IMG/VR virus record: IMGVR_UViG_3300025137_005045
DNA from: a virus
Lineage: Duplodnaviria > Caudoviricetes
DNA: 64,000 bases
Direction: 5' to 3' (one strand)
Positions 39,537 through 46,854 of this stretch are shown here, piece by piece (positions within the stretch are counted from its first letter, which is position 1; the number at the start of each line of letters is the position of its first letter). Made by a program: the position numbers and the translations under genes. Below the pieces are notes generated by a model. That model was not told where the DNA came from, did no database searches, and worked only from the letters and a program-made list of their open reading frames with translations.

Positions 39537-39932
39537 ATGGAACTTATATTTTGGATGGTACTTGGTATGGTACTTGGTTTGTATTTGGTTAAATCAGTGG
39601 ACCGTACTATAAAAACACAAATGTTAGATCGTAATGTCGATAAAGCATTGGCTCTATATAAAGAAATGACAATACCATTGGAGTGTGAACGAGGTGATAG
39701 CGAGATAATATACTGTTATGACAATAAAAGCAAGGACTTTGTTTGTCAAGGTAAAACTCTAGATGAAATTAAAGAAAACTTTAGAAAACGATTTCCTGAT
39801 CATGGAAGTTATATCATGCACGAAAGTTTACATCTATTTCCAAATGCTAAAAACATAATGGTCGAAGATCCTACAGAAAGTGAACTTAAACAAAAAGTAG
39901 TTGAAAAAATTACGCCAAATGACAAATCCTAA
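39537..39932 (+). CDS. Hypothetical membrane-anchored protein
   Basis: N-terminal TM; promoter 39473-39501. Confidence 0.7.
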   Translation: MELIFWMVLGMVLGLYLVKSVDRTIKTQMLDRNVDKALALYKEMTIPLECERGDSEIIYCYDNKSKDFVCQGKTLDEIKENFRKRFPDHGSYIMHESLHLFPNAKNIMVEDPTESELKQKVVEKITPNDKS

Positions 39933-40686
39933 GGTAGTAGTTGCTACAGGTGGCTTTGATCCTATACACTCAGGACATATAGAATATCTTAAAGAAGCTC
40001 GCAAGTTAGGTGATATCCTGATTGTAGGAGTTAATTCTGATCAATGGCTAACACGTAAAAAAGGCTATCCTTTTATGCCTAGCACAGAACGTGTGTCTAT
40101 TGTGAAAGAACTTGAGTGTGTGGATCATTGTATATTGTTTGATGACACTGATGGTTCAGCTAGCCATGCTATAGACAATGCAAAATTACTTTATCCGAAC
40201 AGTCATATTATATTTTCAAACGGTGGTGACAGAACCATAAACAATATTCCTGAACAAGAATCATTTAAAGATGATCCAACAGTACAGTTTGTATTTGGAG
40301 TGGGTGGTAACTTTAAAATGAATTCAAGCTCATGGATCTTACAGGAATGGAAAGCACCCAAGAACCCTAGACAGTGGGGTTACTATCGGGTATTACATGA
40401 AGTACCAGGTATGAAAGTAAAAGAACTAACAGTGGAGCCAGGTAAAAAACTGTCGATGCAAAAGCATCAGTATCGTGCAGAGTTTTGGATAGTATCAGAA
40501 GGTGTTGCTAGTTTAAACCGATTTGGCAAGGAAGGTGTAACTGTATTGCAACCACATCATCAGAATACAATATATCCTGGACAATGGCATCAACTGATTA
40601 ATCAAACAGATGAACCTGTTCGCATAGTGGAAATACAATACGGTCACAAATGCGATGAAGAGGATATAATAAGACGTGTTGACTAA
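39919..40686 (+). CDS. Cytidylyltransferase-like plus mannose-6-phosphate isomerase (cupin) fusion
   Basis: TGGFDPIHSGH, VGVNSD, NGGDR; RQWGYY, LSMQKHQYRAEFW. Confidence 0.88.
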   Translation: MTNPKVVVATGGFDPIHSGHIEYLKEARKLGDILIVGVNSDQWLTRKKGYPFMPSTERVSIVKELECVDHCILFDDTDGSASHAIDNAKLLYPNSHIIFSNGGDRTINNIPEQESFKDDPTVQFVFGVGGNFKMNSSSWILQEWKAPKNPRQWGYYRVLHEVPGMKVKELTVEPGKKLSMQKHQYRAEFWIVSEGVASLNRFGKEGVTVLQPHHQNTIYPGQWHQLINQTDEPVRIVEIQYGHKCDEEDIIRRVD

Positions 40687-40966
40687 TATGAAAACAAGTC
40701 AGGACGAATTTATAAAACGACAGTTAAAAATGCCTTGGAAGACATTCAATATAACAAAAGAAGATTATGATATATTTAAAAAAAGTTATGTTTTTATGGC
40801 AGTTAAAGGAATAAGTTACGGAGAGGCATTCTGTGAGTACTTTAAAGTATATGACTATCTAATTAAAAACGACTCTGATCATAATCGTGTAGACAAACTT
40901 ATACGTCACAGTTTTTTAAAACGGCAACAAGTAGTTCAGGAGTTATATAAAGAGGATATGACATAG
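40676..40966 (+). CDS. Hypothetical protein, tandem paralogue
   Basis: YD.FKK..YGEAFC.YF shared with the next gene. Confidence 0.65.
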   Translation: MLTNMKTSQDEFIKRQLKMPWKTFNITKEDYDIFKKSYVFMAVKGISYGEAFCEYFKVYDYLIKNDSDHNRVDKLIRHSFLKRQQVVQELYKEDMT

Positions 40967-40969
40967 ACA

Positions 40970-41239
40970 ATGCACTACCAATTACAAAAGCAAATGTTAA
41001 ACGGAACTGCTAAAAAAAGAGATGTGCGTCTTACTCAAAAACAGTATGATCAGTTTAAGAAAGAGTTTACAATGATAGGACTACACGGTGAAGACTATGC
41101 TAACGCATTTTGTCGTCATTTTAAGATAGTAGACTATATGTTGTCAAGTTGTGCAAGAGATATAGATCGAGCAGAAGATTATATAATAAAAAACTATGTA
41201 AACAGCACAAGTCGAAATGTAATAGAATATTATGATTGA
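40970..41239 (+). CDS. Hypothetical protein, tandem paralogue
   Basis: YDQFKK..YANAFC.HF. Confidence 0.65.
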   Translation: MHYQLQKQMLNGTAKKRDVRLTQKQYDQFKKEFTMIGLHGEDYANAFCRHFKIVDYMLSSCARDIDRAEDYIIKNYVNSTSRNVIEYYD

Positions 41240-41396
41240 TGTTGAATACAGAGTTAAACGTGTGATACAAACTAATTGTTGTACCAAAACCTATTATGTC
41301 TGGCAAACAGAACAAGTAGATGTAACTACAGAGCATGAAGCTATTAATTATGTCTATGACAAATATAAACCAATGGAGGCTAGAATAAAAGAATGA
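41232..41396 (+). CDS. Small hypothetical protein (54 aa), not in ORF track
   Basis: Overlapping start and stop with both neighbours. Confidence 0.55.
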   Translation: MIDVEYRVKRVIQTNCCTKTYYVWQTEQVDVTTEHEAINYVYDKYKPMEARIKE

Positions 41397-41500
41397 CAAC
41401 TAAAAAGATATTGGCCTTAACAGGGTGGGGGATTGCTCTTTACATAGGATATAAACTAGCACTTGAAGCGTGGTGCTTACTTTATGGACTGGTATATTAA
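41393..41500 (+). CDS. Small TM peptide (35 aa), not in ORF track
   Basis: ATGA overlap; hydrophobic. Confidence 0.55.
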   Translation: MTTKKILALTGWGIALYIGYKLALEAWCLLYGLVY

Positions 41501-41542
41501 CAATTAGATAAGTACATTTACATCAACCCAAAAGGAACTAAA

Positions 41543-41722
41543 ATGAACATCCTTACTACCGGTGCCACAATTAAAAAGGTTGATGATCTCACATACGAAA
41601 TATACTACAAAGATCAATTGATAGAAACATTTGAAAATAAAGCATTGGCTTTAATGTTTTCGTTAAGTAAAATTGAACTAGAAGAACAATTACAATTACA
41701 ACTCAAACTAAAATCAGCATAG
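41543..41722 (+). CDS. Small hypothetical protein (59 aa), not in ORF track
   Basis: SD AAAGGA. Confidence 0.55.
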   Translation: MNILTTGATIKKVDDLTYEIYYKDQLIETFENKALALMFSLSKIELEEQLQLQLKLKSA

Positions 41723-41723
41723 C

Positions 41724-41975
41724 ATGAAACAAGAAACAAAACTAATTTGGTGGACAAAATGGATAGCAACCTGGATGGCTGTTGGTTGTGCTCTCTGTAG
41801 TTCATTGGATTTATATCCAATTAATGTTTGGTTAGGTTTTCTTGCTGGAATAGGGTGGACCTGGGTTGGTTGGAAATGGGGAGAAAACGCTTTGGTAACT
41901 ATCAACATCTCAATGACCATAGTATACGGCATTGGTGTTATCAGATATCTGTTATCAGATGGGGTCTTTGTCTAA
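41724..41975 (+). CDS. Small multi-TM protein (DUF6552-like)
   Basis: KWIAT..YPINV..GWTWVGWKW..AL. Confidence 0.6.
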   Translation: MKQETKLIWWTKWIATWMAVGCALCSSLDLYPINVWLGFLAGIGWTWVGWKWGENALVTINISMTIVYGIGVIRYLLSDGVFV

Positions 41976-41991
41976 TGAAAGAAGTTAACTT

Positions 41992-42354
41992 ATGACAGCA
42001 TATTGGGGATATCATTTAATTTTAGATTGTAAAAGTGGCAACCTAGATCAGGTTTCGTCTGCAGAAAATATCAAACTGTTTGTTCAAGAATTAATAACTG
42101 CGATTGATATGGTAGCTTATGGTGACCCGGTCATTGAACATTTTGCAACTCATGACAAAGATGCGGCCGGATATAGTCTTGTGCAATTGATCGAAACATC
42201 ATCAATAACTGGACATTTTGTAGATCGGAATGGCGACTGTTACATTGATATCTTTAGCTGTAAAGAGTTTAATATTGAAACTGCTCGATCGGTTGTTGAC
42301 AAATATTTCTCACCATCACAAACAAAAGTAACTTACTTAACCAGACAGGCATAA
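41992..42354 (+). CDS. speD: S-adenosylmethionine decarboxylase proenzyme
   Basis: GYHLILDC, GYSLVQLIETSSITGHF, YIDIFSCK. Confidence 0.9.
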   Translation: MTAYWGYHLILDCKSGNLDQVSSAENIKLFVQELITAIDMVAYGDPVIEHFATHDKDAAGYSLVQLIETSSITGHFVDRNGDCYIDIFSCKEFNIETARSVVDKYFSPSQTKVTYLTRQA

Positions 42355-42356
42355 GC

Positions 42357-42653
42357 ATGAATGATTGCCCAATATTCGGAAGAGTGGCACAATTCGTGGC
42401 CAAAGATTTTAAGTCACATCCAATAAGATTTGTTGTTGAAGTAATCGCTTGGATATTAAGTATATCAGCTTCAATAATTATGGCATTGACTGTACCTAAT
42501 CCTCCTTTAATAATCATTTATCTCTTTTGGGTAATAGGCTGTAGCTTATATGCTTGGTGTGCTATTTCTAGGGGTAGCTTTGGCATGTTCGCTAACTATG
42601 CTCTACTCACAGCCATTGATACCTACGGATTAATTGCTGTATTACCTAGTTAA
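42357..42653 (+). CDS. Small multi-TM protein
   Basis: Three hydrophobic segments. Confidence 0.65.
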   Translation: MNDCPIFGRVAQFVAKDFKSHPIRFVVEVIAWILSISASIIMALTVPNPPLIIIYLFWVIGCSLYAWCAISRGSFGMFANYALLTAIDTYGLIAVLPS

Positions 42654-42663
42654 CAAATAAAAT

Positions 42664-42694
42664 AAAAAGTACCCCTTAATTGGGGTATTTTTTT
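42664..42694 (+). terminator. Rho-independent terminator
   Basis: TACCCC-N6-GGGGTA plus T run. Confidence 0.85.
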
Positions 42695-42779
42695 GGTAAT
42701 TTTGGTTGACCAATAAATCGTTATTTGCTATACTTACTTGTAAGTTAGAAAAACAAGTTAATTATTTAGGGGTAGATAA

Positions 42780-43130
42780 ATGACACAATTCAACAAAAAA
42801 GACTTTGCATTCGACGGTGAATATCTTATGTACAATGGTGCATTTGATGGTGCTCAAATGATGATGGATGTATTTCCAGATGCACACCCTTCATGGGAAG
42901 GTAAATTAAAGCCAACATTCGTAGCACGTTTCAAACGCAACAAAAAAGATCGTGCATCATTCACAAAATTCTTAATAGCTAACTTTACATGCGAAGAATA
43001 CTTTGGACACATGGAAAAGTTTAACATGGCTCCACTAGAAGTATTACGTGGTAAAGGTTATGAAACTGCTGACGAACGTAAAGATCAGCAGTCAGGTGAA
43101 TACAACGCTCTAATGCAGGCAAACTACTAA
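42780..43130 (+). CDS. Early hypothetical protein
   Basis: ORF behind a cassette promoter. Confidence 0.75.
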   Translation: MTQFNKKDFAFDGEYLMYNGAFDGAQMMMDVFPDAHPSWEGKLKPTFVARFKRNKKDRASFTKFLIANFTCEEYFGHMEKFNMAPLEVLRGKGYETADERKDQQSGEYNALMQANY

Positions 43131-43402
43131 TGGAAACTATTAAACATACCTACCAAGTTGGCGATGATGTGTCATATGGTTTTAATGGTGATTGGTACTA
43201 TGCTGGTAAGGTGGCACGCATTACTAAAAAGTTTTTAACTACAGACCAAGGAAACAAGTTTAGTCTTGTAGTTCGCACACTGTGGACTAAAATTGGTAAC
43301 ACTGAATATGCTGACGTTGACAAAGAAGTTTTTGTTAGTGTAGGTGGCGGAATGTGGGTACTGACCAAAGGTCATATAGAAGAAAGAAATCCTCACTTTT
43401 AA
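43130..43402 (+). CDS. Early hypothetical protein
   Basis: Coupled ORF. Confidence 0.7.
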   Translation: METIKHTYQVGDDVSYGFNGDWYYAGKVARITKKFLTTDQGNKFSLVVRTLWTKIGNTEYADVDKEVFVSVGGGMWVLTKGHIEERNPHF

Positions 43403-43491
43403 TTTGATTTTTTTGGTTGACCATAAAATCCAAAACTGCTATAATAGTATTAAGAAATAAGGAAAACGATTAATTTTTAGGGGTAGAGATT

Positions 43492-43758
43492 ATGAATAAC
43501 AAACAATTTGATGCATTACAAGCTGGTACTAAAGTTTTAATCAAAGCATGGGATCACGAAAACAATGATCAAGTTGAAACTGTTGCTACATTTAACGGTT
43601 GGTGTGATCACCCTGATTGGGGTACTGCTGTTAACGTTAGCTATGACAATAAAGATTGTCATTTTGATTCATTGTTTGGTGACTACAAAGAGGAAGATAC
43701 AGATATTCCTGTAGCACAATTTCAAAAAGCAGTTCTTAAAGTTATGGAGGTAGCATAA
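43492..43758 (+). CDS. Early hypothetical protein
   Basis: ORF behind a cassette promoter. Confidence 0.75.
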   Translation: MNNKQFDALQAGTKVLIKAWDHENNDQVETVATFNGWCDHPDWGTAVNVSYDNKDCHFDSLFGDYKEEDTDIPVAQFQKAVLKVMEVA

Positions 43759-43994
43759 TGGATATTTCAAAAATGAACAGAAAAGTATTTGCACAACCAG
43801 GCGATGGTGCTGAATACGCTTTAATCAAAGGTAAAACAGTTTACATGATTTCAGCACAAGACATCGACGAAGCAATGGCTAAGTTGAAAAAACAAGCAGG
43901 TGTACCAAACAACTGGAAAGTATCAACAGAAAAAGCAGTTCTTATTCCAGGAGTATGGGAATATCCTATGGCAACTTTTCAAGGAGCGGCATAA
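43758..43994 (+). CDS. Early hypothetical protein
   Basis: SD GGAGG; coupled. Confidence 0.7.
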   Translation: MDISKMNRKVFAQPGDGAEYALIKGKTVYMISAQDIDEAMAKLKKQAGVPNNWKVSTEKAVLIPGVWEYPMATFQGAA

Positions 43995-44350
43995 TGGAAC
44001 TAGTTAAAGAAGTAATAATGTTTAAAGATGAAAACATTGATCAAATAGCTCGTGAGGCCAAATTATCCGCTGACAAGGCACAGAGTGATCACCTAGCTAA
44101 ACACGGTGAAGATGCATATTGTGGCTTTGGTTGGGTTGAAGTGTATGTTGACAGAACTAATTCAAGAGAAGCAAAAGCATTGGCTAAAATGGGATTTGAA
44201 AAATCATATAGAAGAAAACGTATGGACATGTGGAAGCCTGGAGCATATAATGGACAGTCAATGACTATTCATGAAGTGGGTGCTCGAGCCTATGCTGAAG
44301 TATTATGCAAGTATGGCTTTAAGGCATACATGGGTTCAAGGGCAGATTAA
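43994..44350 (+). CDS. Early hypothetical protein
   Basis: SD AAGGAG supports ATG 43994; AYCGFGWV..QSM..E.GA.AYA.VL. Confidence 0.75.
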   Translation: MELVKEVIMFKDENIDQIAREAKLSADKAQSDHLAKHGEDAYCGFGWVEVYVDRTNSREAKALAKMGFEKSYRRKRMDMWKPGAYNGQSMTIHEVGARAYAEVLCKYGFKAYMGSRAD

Positions 44351-44357
44351 AAGTTTT

Positions 44358-44427
44358 GGGGAGTGTATCGGAAAAGGTTTTCTCGACTAAGGTACCTAAA
44401 AAAGTATGCTCCCTAATTAAATTGGAG
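44358..44427 (+). promoter_or_regulatory. Structured intergenic element with alternative anti-SD pairing
   Basis: GGGAGTGTA 44359-67 pairs with TATGCTCCC 44405-13; CTCC 44409-12 can instead pair with SD GGAG 44424-27. Confidence 0.4.
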
Positions 44428-44438
44428 AATAATATATA

Positions 44439-44702
44439 ATGTCAAACACTTTTGTATTTGAACGTAGAGTAATTTACTGGGAAAATACCTGGGTAGATGC
44501 TGATGATATGAATGAGGCCCGAGAAAAGTTACGAAATGGAGAGGCAGATGAATGCCAGCTGGAAGGGTTTGAAGATTACTATGATGACGATTACACTTTT
44601 GTGGAATCATTGGAACCTGTTATCCTTGATCCTTTAGTAGATATGGTTAAACAATATGGGTTACCTGAACAGTTGGAATTATTTGGAGACAATTATACAT
44701 AA
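44439..44702 (+). CDS. Small acidic hypothetical protein
   Basis: SD GGAG; clean ORF. Confidence 0.7.
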   Translation: MSNTFVFERRVIYWENTWVDADDMNEAREKLRNGEADECQLEGFEDYYDDDYTFVESLEPVILDPLVDMVKQYGLPEQLELFGDNYT

Positions 44703-44756
44703 AATGGTTGACCAAAAAATCCAAAACTGCTATAATGTATTTAAGAAATAAGGAAA

Positions 44757-44884
44757 CAAGGTATTATTTGTCGGGGTATAGTGTAACTAACACGACAAAG
44801 ACTAAGGCTCGAGACTTAGTTGGCGATAATAGGGGTTAAGTTTGATCACTTTATAATCCCCTTGCTCCGTCAAATAATACTTTG
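44757..44884 (+). ncRNA. Distorted tRNA-like RNA enclosed by a 14-bp terminal stem
   Basis: Acceptor CGGGGTA/TGCTCCG, D-stem GTGT/ACAC, T-stem AGGGG/CCCCT, elongated anticodon arm, outer stem 44757-70/44871-84; own sigma70 promoter 44708-36. Confidence 0.6.
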
Positions 44885-44983
44885 TTCAGTGGTAGAGTTC
44901 CGTTGCGGTAGCGTCCACTTTAAATAAACGCAGTTGTGTGACAACTTTACGGACCCGGTTTACTGTCCTTAACTTAAACCGGG
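44885..44983 (+). ncRNA. Second structured domain after the tRNA-like element
   Basis: D-arm-like GTTCAGTGGTAGAGT; AGTGG/CCACT; GTTGT/ACAAC; CCCGGTTTA/TAAACCGGG. Confidence 0.4.
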
Positions 44984-45006
44984 CAATTAATTTTAAGGAG
45001 TATGGT

Positions 45007-45090
45007 ATGAATAATTTAGACACAATTCTGCGAGTAGCAGTAGCTATTGTTGTAGCAGTCGTGGTAGTCGGTTTTATAATGGGAGCTTAA
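45007..45090 (+). CDS. Single-TM peptide (27 aa), not in ORF track
   Basis: SD AAGGAG; MNNLDTILRVAVAIVVAVVVVGFIMGA. Confidence 0.55.
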   Translation: MNNLDTILRVAVAIVVAVVVVGFIMGA

Positions 45091-45091
45091 T

Positions 45092-45223
45092 ATGGGAAAC
45101 TTTATTATAGGTACAATATTTGGAATCATTGTTAGCAGTGTGGGACTAACAGAAATAGCAGAATATATCGATTCGGGTGTTAGTGCTACTAAAGATTTTG
45201 TCGAAAATCGTGTTGACAAGTAA
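45092..45223 (+). CDS. Small TM peptide (43 aa), not in ORF track
   Basis: Coupled to the previous ORF. Confidence 0.55.
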   Translation: MGNFIIGTIFGIIVSSVGLTEIAEYIDSGVSATKDFVENRVDK

Positions 45224-45252
45224 ATTAATTTAAACTAAGGAAGGAAATTATT

Positions 45253-45597
45253 ATGACAACAGCAACTTTTAAAATTGTAGGAACTAGTAATCTAAACGGT
45301 ACAACCAAAGTACGTTGGGCCAATGATTTAGTAACAAGATTTAAAATGTTACACAAAGGTGGACATATAGATATTGAACTGTTTGAACTACCAGAAGCAA
45401 TGACTAAACAAGCGGCCGCTCAGTGGTTAGCTGACAGCGACAACTTTGAAAGATTAAATCAGGATGCTCAGTACGCAGTTAATTCGAAACTTGACGAGTA
45501 CATGAAAGTTAAACCTGGGGTTAAGATTTCAATAGAAGAAATTGCTCAACGACCTACTATTGAGGCCGTAGAAATAAAAGATCCAGCTTTAAACTAA
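45253..45597 (+). CDS. Hypothetical protein
   Basis: SD AAGGA; KVRWAND..R.KML.KGGH.DI.L.ELPEAMTK. Confidence 0.75.
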   Translation: MTTATFKIVGTSNLNGTTKVRWANDLVTRFKMLHKGGHIDIELFELPEAMTKQAAAQWLADSDNFERLNQDAQYAVNSKLDEYMKVKPGVKISIEEIAQRPTIEAVEIKDPALN

Positions 45598-45610
45598 GTT
45601 AAATAAAGTT

Positions 45611-45877
45611 ATGTCCAAAAAGATGACAGTAGAAGAAGAGGCGGAAATTAAGGTACACGAAATTATGTACGACATCGTCTCTTTGCTCAACTCACATGGT
45701 ATTACAAGCGTTAGAGCCGGAGCAGTCATGAGACTGCTAGGTACAGACAACGAGGAAGCCAGAATGTTTGATGATAAAATATTATTCATTGTCGGCGATG
45801 CCGTTGACATGCGTGATGTAGATCAATCATTAGACGATGTTGATGAAGACGCTGATTCAGACAGGACTTTACATTAA
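45611..45877 (+). CDS. Hypothetical acidic protein
   Basis: ORF track. Confidence 0.7.
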   Translation: MSKKMTVEEEAEIKVHEIMYDIVSLLNSHGITSVRAGAVMRLLGTDNEEARMFDDKILFIVGDAVDMRDVDQSLDDVDEDADSDRTLH

Positions 45878-45890
45878 CTAGGAGCAAGAT

Positions 45891-46064
45891 ATGAGCATTC
45901 ATGAAGATTTATTAGCCGCAGTAGAAACATACCAAGCAGAATCAGAAAAATTTGATGGTGGTAACAAATCAGCTGGAACCAGGGCAAGAGCGGCACTTCA
46001 AAATATTAAAAATCAAGCACAGGCACGTCGTCTAGAAATTCAAGCAATTAAAAACGGCGAATAA
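45891..46064 (+). CDS. Histone H1-like (Hc1-family) protein (57 aa), not in ORF track
   Basis: GNKSAGTRARAAL matches the GNKAAGTRARK signature; SD AGGAG. Confidence 0.75.
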   Translation: MSIHEDLLAAVETYQAESEKFDGGNKSAGTRARAALQNIKNQAQARRLEIQAIKNGE

Positions 46065-46067
46065 TCA

Positions 46068-46730
46068 ATGTACAATATCCTAATAGGATGCGATCAATCC
46101 TATTATGACACATGGGCAACAACATTACTCTGGAGCATACAACATTATGCTCCGTGGGTAAATTTACATTGCCACATTGTTAATCCAAGCAACACCCTCA
46201 ATAAATTAGACCATGTAAGTTACACAACAGAAGAGAGAGATCTTAGCGACCCTGATATGTTCAGTGGTTATCTACAAGCAGTTCGTTTCCTAAAAGCATA
46301 CGAGTTATTTCCAAACAATGAACCCGTAATTGTAGTAGACACTGATTCAATATGTACCCATTCTTTTACCAAAGAACAGTTTGATCAAGTGCATTTAGAT
46401 CATCCAGTTGTGCTATACAAAGAAAAAACGTCTAGATGGTTAGCAGGATTTATCAGTATGGGATCAAACACATTTAGAAAAGACTTCCATGATCTACTGA
46501 TGAGTAAGCCCATAGAAGAGTGGGCAGGATTTTGGGACCAAACATGTCTAAAACAACTCAATGACAAACACGTTTTTGAGAAGGCACCAATTGATTGGAT
46601 GAGTATTGGAAAGAATGGTAATGAGAGTATATTCTTAACTCTTAAAGGTGAACAAAAGGAATTAGAAAAGTACCTAGGCAATTATCTCAAAGTTAAAACT
46701 CAAATTGAAAATAGTCAATCATCTGACTAA
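46068..46730 (+). CDS. Putative glycosyltransferase (GT-A-like)
   Basis: VVDTDS DxD motif; WDQ. Confidence 0.55.
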   Translation: MYNILIGCDQSYYDTWATTLLWSIQHYAPWVNLHCHIVNPSNTLNKLDHVSYTTEERDLSDPDMFSGYLQAVRFLKAYELFPNNEPVIVVDTDSICTHSFTKEQFDQVHLDHPVVLYKEKTSRWLAGFISMGSNTFRKDFHDLLMSKPIEEWAGFWDQTCLKQLNDKHVFEKAPIDWMSIGKNGNESIFLTLKGEQKELEKYLGNYLKVKTQIENSQSSD

Positions 46731-46732
46731 AA

Positions 46733-46801
46733 TTATCTCGAACACGTTGTTGTTTTTCTTGTTTTTACAAATATAAATTTGTGTTTGTGACTTATTATCA
46801 T
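46733..46801 (-). pseudogene. 22-aa stub of a sulfotransferase-family gene
   Basis: MIISHKHKFIFVKTRKTT then stop; minus-strand ATAAATA still upstream. Confidence 0.6.
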
Positions 46802-46854
46802 AGTGATATTTATAGGAATAAGTACATACATTATAACAAAGCAGATACGTATCC

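Larger units (their letters stand above)
42703..44757 (+). repeat. Three related early promoter-leader cassettes
   Basis: TGGTTGACC-N17-TATA(A/C)T at 42706, 43417, 44708; the last two share about 50 near-identical bp; leader TTAATT(A)TTTAGGGGTAGA at 42758 and 43470. Confidence 0.85.

Noticed and set aside
44359-44413. tmRNA 5' end (GGGAGTGTA...TCGAC)
   Set aside because: Closes on itself within 55 nt; no tag reading frame or 3' T-arm/CCA module
44772-44873. Canonical functional tRNA
   Set aside because: D-loop lacks GG, T-loop and anticodon arm are expanded, no CCA; reported as tRNA-like ncRNA instead
44888-44933. preQ1-I or SAM-II/V riboswitch
   Set aside because: Only the general stem plus A-rich tail topology fits; conserved ligand-binding nucleotides not recognisable
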